Shown here piece by piece: positions 13,331-25,862 of a stretch of DNA of 64,000 nucleotides (its first letter is position 1; each line of letters opens with the position of its first letter). The DNA comes from Lama glama (taxonomy: Eukaryota). The translations under genes were made by a program, and so were the position numbers. The stretch lies in contig CM052828.1 of assembly GCA_028534125.1 (NCBI GenBank), positions 59,706,001 to 59,770,000 on the forward strand, in the 5' to 3' direction. The notes under the pieces are model-generated. The model was given only the letters and a program-made list of their open reading frames with translations. It was not told where the DNA came from and searched no databases.

Positions 13331-13937
13331 ATAACCCTTTGCCCCACCTCTATCTTACTCCTCCCCGCTTCCCTGTCCCCACTGGGAACCACTAGTTTGT
13401 TCTCAGTCTGTAAGTCTGCTTCTTTTTTGTTTTACTCGCTCGTTCACTAGTGTGTATTCACTAGCTTAGTGTACTTTTTAGATTCCATGTAGAAGTGAGA
13501 TCATGCAGTATTTGTGTTTCTCTGACTTATTTCACTTAGCAGAATGCCCTCCAAGGCTGTCCATGTTGCTGCAAATGGCAAGATCTCATTCTTTTTGTGG
13601 CTGAGTAATATTCCTTTGTGTTTGCACACAGCTTCTTTATCCAGGCATGCCGATGGACATTTAGCTTGCTTCCATGTCTTGTAAATAGTGCTGCTATGAA
13701 CTTTCGGGTGCATGTATCTTTTTGAATTAGTATTTTTGGTTTTTTGAATATATGCCCAGGAGAGGGATTGCTGGATCGTATGGTGACTCTATTTTTAGTT
13801 TTCTGAGAAGCTCCCAAACTGCCTTCCACAGTGGCTGCACCAGTTTACATTCCCAACAGTGTAGGAGGGTTCCCGTTTCTCCACACCCTCTCCAACACTT
13901 GTTTTTTGTGTTCTTCTGACAGGTGCGAGGTGATATT
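13331..13937 (-). mobile_element. 5'-truncated L1 with frameshifted ORF2 C-terminus
   Basis: ORFs 13727..14014, 13536..13829 and 13501..13713 give [38 protein letters not shown] and NEILPFAATW in different frames. Confidence 0.92.
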
Positions 13938-14509
13938 GGGAACATAGTTCTAAAAATTAACGGGGGCAATGTCTCTTTTGCACTCATCAAAAGCATCACC
14001 GACTGAGAGCCCACAATGCATTCAGCTCCCTTTCACCGCCCTGCGTTTCTGGAAACCACCCTGGGCTGGCAGGGGGTTTAAGCCCCTTCTTCCCAAGCGT
14101 GGGGTTAGAAAGTCTGCAGCCGCCCTCCTCACCTCTGGCGGCAGCGGCGCAGCAGCGGCGTTCCTGTGTCCTGGGTGGGCTGGGAGGCGGGCGGAGCTCC
14201 GGGGCCCCAGATCCTAACACAAAAGAGAGGGGAATAGGGGTCCCCCTCGCAGGCAGCACTGGGGGAGCTTGTCAGAGCTCAGGGGGAAGGGGAACTTGGC
14301 ATTTCAAAAGAGGATTGCAAGGTGATTGAAACCGACCTTGCTCTTCTTCCAAACACACGAGATCTGCAGTTCTCAGTTCTGCGTGGTCTCTTCTTATCCA
14401 GTCACGACCATGGCTGACGCTTGTGTGGGGCTGACTATGCACACGCCAGGTAGTGAAGCAAGATGTCCCCGCTGTACTGGTCAATTGACTTACTTCTTGT
14501 AAAGCCCCT

Positions 14510-14640
14510 TTGAGATGGGGACGGGCCTTGGCCCCGTTTTACGGATGGGGAAATTGAGGCAGGGAAGTTGAGCGACTTGCCCAAGGCCCCATGGGGAACA
14601 GTGGAGGAGCAGGGCTCAGACCCGGACCCCTGCCGGAGCC
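14510..14640 (-). mobile_element. MIR fragment
   Basis: cccgttttacggatggggaaattgaggc...gagcgacttgcccaagg core. Confidence 0.7.
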
Positions 14641-15636
14641 CAGCCCTCCAGCCCTTCCCCAGCGGCCGAGCCCAGCACAGGATGCAGGGTCACATCTCCC
14701 ACCCCTTCTGGGGACATGTCAAGCAGGAGGCCCAGCAAATCTCTCCTTCTCTTAAGGACTTCCTTTTGAGATTAAAAAATTAAAGATCACTGAGATCTTC
14801 CCTAACCATCAGGCACCGCCACACAGATGAAGGCTCGCGAGCCCCCTTCCCGGTTCCCGGTTCCCGGTTGTCCCGCAGAACAACGCGCTCCGCGGCGAAG
14901 CGCGGCTGCTCCCACGGCCACGGGGGGGAGCGCAGCCCCTGGCGTTTGTTTGTTTAGGGGGAGGCTCTGTGAGAGCAGTCACCTCTGTTATTTATCCAGC
15001 AAACAGCTATGAACAGTCAGTCGGGGCAAGAGCTGGGGCTCGGGGAAGGGGGTTCAGAGAGTCAGCCCCCAGCCCCCGCTTGGCGCCTGCTGCCCGAGAG
15101 CCCGGTCGTCTCACTCCTTCCCGCTGCCTCAGCTCTGACCGGCCTGATTTTCCACGACGTTCCCTGGACCCCGACCCTCCGGTGTCCCGCTCAGGGCTCC
15201 CCTCCTCTGTGCCTTCAGCTGGGCTGAGGTCCCCTGGGTGTCCTTCCCTTGGCCGTGTCATCTGTCCCCATCAGCCTTCTCCATGAACCCCACTGGCCTG
15301 CCCCTCTGTGACGCCAGGGCTGTGACACTGGCCGGACACACATCTTCATGGGAACCAAATGCAGGTGACATTTGTAACGTTGAGCCTGGTGCACGGTCAG
15401 GAGCTCCAGAACGTCATCTGCTTCTGTTGTTTTCATTGCCTACAGTCCCTCGACACCAGGTTTCCCCCAAATAATCCTCCCCCACTTTGAAACATCCCTA
15501 TCTTCCGGGCCTTCCGTGCCTCTCTTTTCCTGTAGTGTCTATAGGATGTTTGTATCGGCCCTGTTTGGCTGGGAACGAGCTCCTTGAAAGCAGGAGCCAC
15601 TGTGGGTCAAACATTCGAACCCCAGGCCGCCTGTGA

Positions 15637-15897
<261 letters not shown>

Positions 15898-16335
15898 TAG
15901 ACCATGGCCCCTCGCTGGCTGCACAGCCTTCGGCCGGTGCTCTGTCTTGTACCCTGGGCCCAGCAGCTCTAATGCATCTCAAACACGTGTTTGGATGTCG
16001 TCACAGGACCACTGCACCTGGGACGGTGGCTCCCTAACTAGGTTAGACATGCTGCTGATGACAGCTAGTGTGACTCCGTCAGGTGGCCAGAAGACCACAG
16101 GAATCATCCAGTGTCATTGCCAGGCGTTCCAGCAAGTCTCTGGCCATCCTCCAGGGGCAAGGAGGGGGCTTTTTAGAGCAGAAAGATGGTGTTGAAATAT
16201 ACCAGCAGCATCTGCCCTCAAATGACTGCCTGGGCCGTAAACCGCTAGCCCAGCTGGGGTCTCCCGTGGGCAGGAGGGCCAGTGCAGCGGGGGAAGACCA
16301 CAAGTCTCACAGTGCTGTGATTGTTGGGTTTTCAG

Positions 16336-16485
16336 ATGAGAAGAGAGGCTTGCCTGGGGAAATGGGACCGAAAGGCTTCCCAGGAGAGCCGGGTGTCCCT
16401 GCACTGTACCCCGGCCCACCAGGAACTGATGGACAGCCAGGGCTCCGAGGGCCCCCTGGCCCTCCTGGACCACCTGGACCAGACG
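16336..16485 (+). CDS. COL4A2: COL4A2 exon 20 (150 bp) (D)[13 protein letters not shown]...GPPGPD
   Basis: ttttcag|AT...GACG|gtaagt. Confidence 0.96.
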
Positions 16486-19049
16486 GTAAGTGCATGGAAA
16501 TACAGGGAGGTGCATCCCAGTGTCCAGACAAAGATGCCTGGCCCCACTGAAACTTCACTTGGGTTTTTCTGCTAAACAGTTCTGTGAACTAGGCGGTGGG
16601 CATGGACGAGGGCGTAGCAGGCGCCCTGGGTGCAGACAGGAGAAGCTGGTGAGGGAAGAGGGCAAAGCCTTGTGACCACGCTGAGAATCAGCAGTCCGCG
16701 GGCATTGCACGGCACGTCTGGCTGCCGGCGGCTCCGGGGAGATCGGTCCTTCGGCAACGCATCCAGGAGGTGTAGTCTGGAAGCAGCTGTGAGCTGAAGG
16801 CCGGCAGGTGTCTTCGCAGTAACTTCCAGACACAGTCCCCCAGGCCGGGGCCTCCCTCCCAGACGTGAAGCCCCTGCCCTCGGTGAACCGACATGTTAAG
16901 CCGACTTGACAATCTGCCTTCTCGGCCCCGTGGAGCCAGAGCTACCACTGAGCAGGTGACAAAGCCTGGTGCCAGGAGGAGGGGCCGCACCACCTGTAAC
17001 GGGGTGGGGCGGCCCAGACGGAAGACGCCGAGAGCCTACAAGCCGGACCAGCAGGACGTCTGGACCTTTCCAGGCTCCAGCACAACTGGGGCTCATGCTT
17101 CTGTTGAGAATGCTCCAGGGGGTGGGGAGACGTGCTGTCTGTCAAAAACCGTTATTTTCTCAGCTTCCAAGATTAGAGTTACACTTTGGACATCGTAAAA
17201 TCGAAGAAGAGATGAAGTTGCTGTTTCCAGATGACCTGGACACAACTCAGCATCTTGTTTTGAAAATATATGACTTGCAGTTCCTCACATCACCCCAATC
17301 ACCCCAGCAGCTTCCTGTCGTCACACGTGCTGGCGGATGGCGTGCGGTCTGGGTTAGAGGCAAATTCGGAGACCGGGCTTTCGTTGCTGACGGAAGACGA
17401 CTTCTCTTTGCTGTCTCTTTAGAAGGAGGACTGTCAGAGGCATCGGAAGCACGTCTGTACACACTCCTGCCTCTCTGGTTCTAGTTGGTGTTCTGCAGTC
17501 GATACTTAAGTCACTGTGGTTCTATGTTCCCAGTTTTCCTCCAGCTGCAGAAACCAGCTTCTCACACTCTTGAAAGATTTTGGATGCAGACGTTGCCCTG
17601 GAATTTGCCGAATAATTTGAGAGGCATTATCTCTGATACTTTTTATTATCCTGGCAGTAATACTTACTACTGTGTCATTTGTGATAATGGCTAAGTTTCT
17701 ACGAGGAGTGCATTTCCGGAGTGAATGGTATCTGTTGAGTTTTCCCCTTTTGGCAACAAAACGTGACGTGTCAAAGATAAAAGCCTGAGCATATACCTCT
17801 TTAAAGGCTGTGGTCGAAGGCCACCCCTTGCCATCATTCCTGTAACTAAACTCCGTTTTGATACAGATACAAACACCCACCAACTGGCTTTAAAAATCTT
17901 GCTTAGTAAATCACAGGTTTAACGTAAGTCATCTGAAAACAGATTAACTAATTTGTGGTCCATATTGTTAGAGAAGGGAGAATTTATAAAGTAGATGAAA
18001 CAGTGTCTGATACATTTTATCAACTTAAAGTTTTTAAAGTATATACCTTCGTTCTTCTTGAAATAGTTATTTTACTTTATGAGACACAATGTTCCCAAAT
18101 CGCTTTTTTTAAAGCAATCACTTCTACAAAAAGTAGCCAACAGTAATGGCCTTTTAAAATGGCTCTGTGTAGAGTCACAATTTAGTATCAATGACCCTGA
18201 GCCCCAGAGAGTTCAGCTTTTCCCTGGGAATGAAATTGTTGGATTCTTCTCTTGTTAACTGCATTTCACCCAGTTTTACTAATGGAAACCAGAATGCCTT
18301 TTGCCATTCCAGCAAAATCAAACCGTGAAGTCGGTCTGTCTTCTGACCAAACACTTTGCTCGCTCCCAGTTGCAGCTCAGTTCACCGAGTCGGCTGCGGG
18401 GCGGGTCCACTGTGCTCCGGAAGTCAGCAACCCCCAGGTTTGTCGTGGCCTCTGGCCTCTCCAGGAAAGTCGTGTTGGAAACACCTCAGAGGCACAATGC
18501 TCTTCTGTGGGACTTGTTTGAAATCATTAATTGATCAGATAAGGAAAAAACAGTGTAGGAAGGAGGCAGGACGGCACCTGAAGATGGCCATGAAGCACCT
18601 TTTCTAACTGCGAGGAGCACCCACCACATCTTTGTCTCAGATTTAAAAAGCTGGCGTCCCTGTAGTGTCCATGATCAGTAACTGCCTGTGACACCAGCTT
18701 CTCCTCCTGTATCAGGAGCGCCTGCAGACGTAACATACAGCCATCAGGCCACCACTGGACTGACATGCCCTTGACCTGGTCACCTGTGACCCGGGGAGCC
18801 ACATCCTGGGTGCCGTTTGCTCCATTCCATCCTCCCAGCTGCACAGGACGCAGCTGGTACCTGCCCCGCTTTGCACGCTTTCGTCCACGGCTCCATGATG
18901 CCCTCTTCTCCCACTTGTCTCTCTGGTCTTTCTTCCTGAGACTCCGTTGTTAGTTCCTCCTTCTTCCTCCTCCACCATCCAGCAGACGACAGCGTTCCTG
19001 TCTCTGCACTCTCCACCGAGCCAATTCCTGCGTTCCCAGGAATTTAAAT

Positions 19050-19230
19050 GCTGGTTAGGAGCCAGCTCTCCCTGTCCGTGTCTCTAGCCCTGCTCTGGAC
19101 TCTCAGCTGCAGACCCAGCCCGGCTGTTAACTTGACACGCTGTCACCCTCTGTGTCTCGCGGGCATCTCCAACTGTGCGTGCCCCAGACTCAGCTCTGGG
19201 TCTCCCCCAGCCCCCCAGCCAGCACAGCCC
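19050..19230 (+). mobile_element. L2 fragment
   Basis: tctctagccctg...cttgacac...gggcatctccaact resembles the L2 consensus; boundaries approximate. Confidence 0.45.
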
Positions 19231-19997
19231 TCTCTAGGGCGCGCCCGTCTCTGCAAACCGCGGAGCTGGACCCCTGGAGTCCACAGGCGCAGCGGTGCTT
19301 CCCGCGAATGCGCAGCCCCGCTTTCACCACAAGGTGGCGCCGCGCTCGGGTGGGACGTGGAGAGTCTTGTGGGCTTTCCTCGCCGGACGAACTGTCAGAG
19401 CCCTGCAGACGGGGCAGGACTTCTGACGTGCCCTGATCCTAGTGAGGGGGTGAGGGTGGGGTGGGAGGGATGGATCACAAGTTATCCAGTTGCACAAACT
19501 CATGTGTGCACGTGTGTACGTGTGCACCCGACGGAGTACAACAGGAAAGACGGTGCTGCTGGGGGGAGGTGCACAGGGGTGCGCCTTTTCCAGGGGAGAG
19601 GACAGAATGGGGAAGCGAGTCATTTAACATCCTTTATGGTTCTGTTTTGGTCTGGTTTTTGTCCTTCTGGGAACCAGAAGTTGTGGTGGTCTTAGAACCC
19701 AAGTCTTTAGCACATGAGGAAAATACGTGGTTAAAAAAAATCAACTCTGTTTTGGACTCAGTCTTTCTGAAAAGTAAAGATTTCTATTTCTAGATTTTAA
19801 TGGAAAAACTAAAATCAGAGATGCTCACATGTCTTTGCAACCCTGGGAGCGATGGCTTTCTGAAGAGGAGTCAAGATGGCGCTGGAGTGTGGGGGTCACC
19901 CCCTGCGGGAGACTCAGCTGTAAAAGTCCGACACGGGGCTCGGCGGTGCAGGTCCCAGGCTGTGCTAACCTGCCGTCCTTGTGGGTTTTCTCCTCAG

Positions 19998-20090
19998 GTT
20001 TCCTTTTCGGCCTTAAAGGATCAAAAGGAAGGATAGGCTACCCGGGGCCGTCGGGTTTCCCCGGGGCTCGTGGACAGAAAGGATGGAAAG
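19998..20090 (+). CDS. COL4A2: COL4A2 exon 21 (93 bp) [10 protein letters not shown]...GQKGWK
   Basis: tcctcag|GT...AAAG|gtgagg. Confidence 0.96.
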
Positions 20091-21267
20091 GTGAGGATGG
20101 CTGGGAGTGAAGGGGGCGGGAGCTCCTTGGCCCTTTGGAGCCACGTCACCCCTTCCCTGGCTCTGAGATGAGCAGGAGCCCCTTCCCCACACCCCACACC
20201 CCACCCCCGAGGACACCACACGGGGACGTAGTCTCTGCATTTTCTGTGCACCTGCTCTCAGTTGGCTCCCCTGTCTCTGTTCTGTACGCCACCCTCATCA
20301 CTGAATTTTTAGGGAGCACAGGGCCCAACATGGGAGAAAAAAGATGTGCAGTGACGTCACAGGCTGAATTCAGATGATTCATCCGAGTGCTCGGCTCCTA
20401 GAAATTGTAACGAGTGTCTGCAAAGGGCTGTAGGGTCATCGTCTGGTTTGGCCCTGACCCGACACCCTGAGCGAGGTGCCGAGACTCGGAGCAACGTGCC
20501 TGCCCGGCCCTCGCTCCCCGGCGGGGCGGAGGGGCAGTGGGAATGAGCGCTCCTCTCCCGCTGCACTCGGATGTCACCATCATTGTGGGGAATGGCCAGC
20601 CGGGGGGACCTCGGTGGGCCCTATTAGCTCTCCCAGCCCTGGGTGTCCCGGCGTGTGACCCCCCCAGACCTTTGGGGTGAGTGTGGGGCGTGGGCTGCAT
20701 CAGGCCCATCGGGGATGGGGCCGCCTGCAGGAATCAGGCATCAAGGGTCAGCGGTGCAGCTCGGCCCCCTGAGCCATCACCTGTCGCCCTCCGTGCCCCG
20801 GGAGCCCACCCTACCGCCAGCCACAAGCTCGGGTGGGTCCAGCCGCGGCCAGATAGAAGGGAGGGCACGTATCTCTTCCTCACCCACCATGACCTTGGTC
20901 TCCAAGCCCATGGCCGCTGCCAGGCTGCCCTCCCTCCAGTTCCCCTTCCCCCTGGTCCTTCCTCCCCCGACCCCTGAGGCCCAGCAGAGCCTTCCCACAG
21001 CCGACTCCCCAACTCCATCCACACCTCTTTAAGTGTCTTCACTAAATCTGGCAAATGTTTAAACATTGAGTCAGAGAATTCTGCACCCCGAGGAGACCAG
21101 TAACTCGTACCTCTCATCTAAGAAGGAGAGTGTGAGGACCAGAGTAGGTGGTGTGCAGAGTGTGGTGTGTCCTTAGCCCCTGCCCACCTGGACCTCCTGT
21201 CCCCGCAGAGCCAGCAGGAGTGTTTAAAACCTGCTTCTTGAATGACTAACACGCACCCCCCCCACAG

Positions 21268-21431
21268 GTGATGCCGGGGACTGTAGGTGTGCAGAGGGCG
21301 ACCAGTTCGTCGGGGGCCTTCCGGGGCTGCCAGGACCCAAGGGCTTCCCGGGCATCAATGGGGAGCCGGGGAGGAAAGGCGGCCAAGGAGACCCGGGCCA
21401 GCATGGCATCCCCGGATTCCCGGGCTTCAAG
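21268..21431 (+). CDS. COL4A2: COL4A2 exon 22 (164 bp) [19 protein letters not shown]...GFPGFK, with CxC interruption
   Basis: Branch-point-like TGACTAAC at 21243-21250; cccacag|GT...AAG|gtaaga. Confidence 0.96.
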
Positions 21432-21589
21432 GTAAGAGAGCCGCTCACCACGAGGCCAGAAGGATATCCTTGACACCTGTGCCTGCTCCCCCGTTTCCGG
21501 CTTTTATTTGTCAAGTTAACCCCACTTCAGAGCAACAGCCCTTGTGCACCCGGGGCTCCATTCAGAAACACCAGGAGGGATTTTAAAGC

Positions 21590-22220
21590 TTTTACTGGTA
21601 AGGATGTGAAATGGGGCAGCCGCTACGGGAAACAGTGTGATGCTTCCTCAGAAAGTCCAACGTAGGTGTGCCATGTGACCCAGAAAGCCCCCTCCTAGTG
21701 CAGACCCAGGAGAACTGCAGACGCGCGTCCACGTCAAAACCTGTGCATCGACGTGCGCACGTGCAGCGCACGCACGGCAGCACTGGCGGTCCGAGCCGGA
21801 AAGCGAGAACAACCCAAATGCCCATCAGCTGCTGAACGGGCAGAGCAAACGTGGGCTGCCTGCCCACGGGGGGTTATTCAGCCGTCCACAGGAGCGCCAG
21901 CTGACGCACGCTACGGGGTGGCGCCCCTCAAAGACGTGCCGAGTGACGTAAGACAGATGCGAGAGAACAGATGCTGTACGGTGCCCGAGTGAGAGTCCAG
22001 AACAGGCGGACCCAGAGACAGAGGTGGCCTGGTGGTCGCCGAGAGCTGGGGGGGCGGAACGCGAGTGGTGGTCTCTTCTGTCGGTGATGAAAATGCTGTG
22101 GAATTAGGTCACAGGAATGGTGGCAGAACCTTGTGAAAATACTAAAACAAAACAAAACACTGAGTTGTATACTTTAAAACGGTTAATATTATGATATGTG
22201 AATTATATTTAAAAAAAAAC
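21590..22220 (+). mobile_element. L1M (L1MB-like) ORF2 end and 3' UTR
   Basis: aacagtgtgatgcttcctcagaaagt...ccatgtgacccag...aacccaaatgcccatca...tatgatatgtgaattatattt plus poly(A). Confidence 0.8.
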
Positions 22221-23865
22221 AACCCTGCTAGCATTTGAATGTAAAGTATCTTACATACTGAGCATTCACCTCTTGAAATTTAGCGTAGGACCGATTTAGC
22301 TTTTTATAAAGTCTCCCTTAACTCAACAAAAAGTGAGACTTCCAAGTGAACCGTGCATTTACTTTGGGTGAATGATGCTCTGCCCACGGACCCCTGGGCG
22401 TCCCACAGCCCAGTGGACTTCATTCTACTTCTTACGAAAAGACCGTGGAGCAGCTCTTTCTCTGTGGCAGGTCTTAACTCACCAACGATTCAAAGCAAAT
22501 TTCAGGTGAAGGCATAGAAATTATATTTCTGATTTATTTTTAAGTAGAGAACTGCAAGAGATGCGTGAAGCGAAAAGCTGTTGTTCGATGTTCTCAGCAG
22601 TAGAGGAACCAGTGCCCAGGGCACGTGGCCAAGGACGGTTAAGATGCTGTGACTCCGTGTCCAGACGCAGCGACATGGTGGCTGCTCAGAGCTGCTGGCG
22701 CAGGAGGGCTTCGTGGGCAGGAGCTTTGCGGAGAAGACGGGGTGCAGAGCACCTCGCTGCTCCAGTGCCCGGGGCTCCTCAGGAGACAAGTCATTGTATT
22801 CAGCCGAACAGTCGGTGCTACATTTTCTCCTAGTTTAAAAATGATACCGTCTCCAAGTCATGGCCGTCTCAGCATGTTGTTCAAATGTTCAGAAAAAGTG
22901 TCCGTGGTGAGACTCCAAACTAAACAGGGCAGAACCTGTGGGATCTTCAACTGTTTATAAAATGGCTGAATATTGCCTAGAAGTCAGAGGCATCGCGTTT
23001 TGTGCCTGTGTTGTGTCTACACTCTCCCGAGGGCACGTGCTTTCACCAGGGTGTTTGCGCATCCACAGCACGTGTGTTCAAACACCTAGGTATCGTGTCT
23101 ACCTTGCATCTAATTATACGTTTACGTGTCGCCGGTCACATCGCCACAGGAACGCCTGAGCGTGTACCCAGACGTCACCTTCTATGCACACCAGTAGGGT
23201 CTGATGGAGGCTCGGAGCGCAGCAGGCGGTCAGTGAATGAGTCCACGCGCCCATCCATTCGCCCAGCGCCTCCTGGGTGTGAGACGCTGTTCTGGACACT
23301 GAAAGAATGTCACCCTTCCCTGCAAAGAACTGAATCAATACATCAAGTGCCTGTGGAATTTTTTTCGGAGGAAAGAGCTCATAATCACCTGAAACATTCC
23401 ATTTAATGAAACCAACACTAAAAGTTCCCATCTTCTTGTGAATAACAGCAACCAAGACTTGTCCCAAACTAACGTATCGCGCTCATTAAAACGCGCCCTG
23501 AGGTCTTCAGCGGCTAGCTTCTGCTCACTGAAAGACCCGAATGAGGGTGTACAGCTTGAAGTGTGTTCCTGCGAAGAATTGTCTCTAAACCTTGGTTCCC
23601 TTCAGTTAGGAAGACAGGCTGTCTTGTTCTCTGTGTCAAACGGCCCCAAGTACCCCTGCTTTGTGCTTGGAGGCCTGCTTCTTGCCTGGGCTCCACAAAG
23701 CCGGGGTTAGAGCTGGCAGCCTGGTGTGGGAGCGCATAGCTTCTGCAGAGTTAGTGAGCTCACGCTGGGGGCGGAACCTCCATTAACAACAGAAACAACA
23801 ACCAAAAACACCAATAAAATAAAAACTAAATAAAAATAGTAAATCAAAGTCACTGAGTTTATGAA

Positions 23866-23985
23866 CCCCCGGGATTTTGCTGAAATGCAAATTGTGGTTC
23901 AGGTGCCCTGGGGTGGGGCCCGAGGCTCTGCATTCCTAACAAGCCCCCGGGAAGCTGGGCTACCCATCTGGGGACCATCCTTTGT
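23866..23985. mobile_element. MER5A-like hAT DNA transposon remnant
   Basis: gaaatgcaaatt...ggggtggggcccgaggctctgcattcctaacaagc...gggacca. Confidence 0.6.
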
Positions 23986-24041
23986 TCTGGTTTTCACTGT
24001 CCAGCCGTGTGTGGCTACTTCCATTAAGTTTTGACCACTGT

Positions 24042-24094
24042 GGGGAGGGTATAGCTCAGTGGTTCAACCCCCACTACCACCATAGGAAAAAAAA
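24042..24094 (+). mobile_element. Internally deleted Vic-1-like SINE
   Basis: ggggagggtatagctcagt fused directly to ggttcaaccccc; imperfect TSD aagttttgac / aagtttcgac. Confidence 0.75.
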
Positions 24095-24321
24095 GTTTCG
24101 ACTAAAATTAAAAATGCAGGGCCTCAGGCACACTGGCCACATTCGAGCACTCAAAGCCTTTTGTGATGGGTGGTGCTGGGCCAGGCGGCCAGGGACAGAA
24201 GTCTCTGGCTCTGGGCTTGATGACAGATAAAGACCCTCGAGTTGTATAAACGGAAAGTCATTGTCTTCCCAGGTGCCCTAACAGTAGGAAGGAGAAAGAG
24301 ACTTTGTGTTTGTGTCCACAG

Positions 24322-24394
24322 GGAGCCCCTGGTGAGACTGGACCTCCTGGGCCCAAAGGAGTAAAGGGAGATTCCAGAACAATCACCACCAAAG
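24322..24394 (+). CDS. COL4A2: COL4A2 exon 23 (73 bp) [24 protein letters not shown]
   Basis: gtccacag|GGA...AAAG|gtcagt. Confidence 0.96.
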
Positions 24395-24480
24395 GTCAGT
24401 CTTTGTGGCCAGGAATCTGTGGACCGTCCCCCTTCCCGGGCTGCCGGCCTGAGTAGACTCACACTGCAATCCTTTCCCAG

Positions 24481-24587
24481 GTGAGCGAGGACAGCCCGGT
24501 GTCCCAGGTGTGCCAGGGACGAAAGGGGACGATGGCTTCCCGGGGCGAGATGGACTCGATGGCTTCCCAGGCCTCCCAGGCCCTCCT
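24481..24587 (+). CDS. COL4A2: COL4A2 exon 24 (107 bp) ERGQPGVPG...GLPGPP
   Basis: tttcccag|GT...CCT|gtgagt; 86-bp upstream intron. Confidence 0.96.
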
Positions 24588-24945
24588 GTGAGTCACCGCG
24601 GGGGTGGGGTGGCCCAGCCCCACGCTGATGGGTCATGTCCCCGCACGCCCAAGCTGGACGTGCTGGCTCCGCACTGAACCCTCCCTGGCAAACCGTCCTC
24701 TTTTAATGAGCAGAGATCGTAGTTTTCAGGAAACAGTGAGTCAGGCTGGAAGCCAAGCCAAGAGGGAACGTTTACAAGAAACAGCCCGTAAACATCCCTC
24801 CTGGCGCAGCGGAGAACGAGGCGGGACGCTCTAGGACACAGGGTAGAGCGCCGTTTCCCAGGATCAGTTATAAAATATGAAGCTTCATTTTTGACATAGA
24901 CATGCAGGTGGTGGAAAGAGGATGTCTGAAAACCTGCAGAGCCCT

Positions 24946-25020
24946 CGGGGGAGGGCGGAGCCAGACGGGGGAGGGCGGAGCCAGACGGAGGAGGGCGGAG
25001 CCAGACGGGGGAGGGTGGAC
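24946..25020 (+). repeat. 20-bp GC-rich tandem repeat (CGGGGGAGGGCGGAGCCAGA, about 3.7 copies)
   Basis: Units start at 24946, 24966, 24986 and 25006. Confidence 0.95.
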
Positions 25021-25660
25021 ACCGCTGGGGCCGGACTCCCCCTCCCCCCTCCCGGACCCCACCCTGCCCTCCGGGTGCCCTCAGCACCGTCCTAACCCCT
25101 GGCTCTCCCGGCCCCTCCCCTCTGAGCGCTCTGGCCCCACCCCCGGCTTCCGCACCTGCTGAGTGGCTTCCTGAGCAGGACGGGGCCCAGCTTCCTGCTC
25201 CTCCATCCTACCATCTCTTCTTACTTCTAATGAGCACACTGCTCTCTCTTGTCCAGACCAGACTCCCTTTCTGTTTCCGATGGGTCACAGACGCTAAATC
25301 TTGACAGTAAAACAACGCATTCCTGTTCCTGTTGTTCCAAATCTGTGCCTAACTGTCCTCCTGCAGAATTCTCACTGAGAATGAAGGTCCAAGCAGGGCG
25401 CTAGTGGCTCGGAAAAAGAAAAACAGACTCATACGCCTTCCAGAACTGCATTCTAGTGTGTTGCTCGTGGCTGCTATAGTCTGTCCTTTGTTTCTGGGAC
25501 TTGGTCAGACCATGGGTGCCGGTTCCTGCTCGCCTCTGCCGTCTTCCTGCTCTGTATCCATATCCATAGCACAGAATTCGGGGGACAGGGAGGGGAGCTG
25601 GGAATATGGCTGAATGTGAAGTTTCCGTATATGGTACACGCGAAACCGAATCTCTCCTAG

Positions 25661-25862
25661 GGTGATGGCATCAAAGGCCCCCCAGGGGATGCAGGCTACC
25701 CAGGAGCACCCGGCACCAAGGGCATTCCAGGAGAAAGCGGCCCCCCAGGACTGGGCCTGCCTGGCCCCAAAGGCGACCGCGGTTTCCCCGGAGATGCTGG
25801 ATTACCTGGACCACCAGGCTTCCCTGGGCCTCCTGGCCCCCCAGGCACTCCGGGACAAATAG
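25661..25862 (+). CDS. COL4A2: COL4A2 exon 25 (202 bp) GDGIKGPPG...GTPGQI
   Basis: tctcctag|GGT...ATAG|gtatgg. Confidence 0.96.

Noticed and set aside
13501-14014. Active L1
   Set aside because: Only about 600 bp of the ORF2 end and 3' UTR remain, with frameshifts.
20351-20360. Isolated perfect CRE palindromes (20352, 36432) and a kB-like GGAATTTCCC (35445)
   Set aside because: Single short motifs at roughly chance frequency in 64 kb of CpG-rich DNA, with no supporting context.
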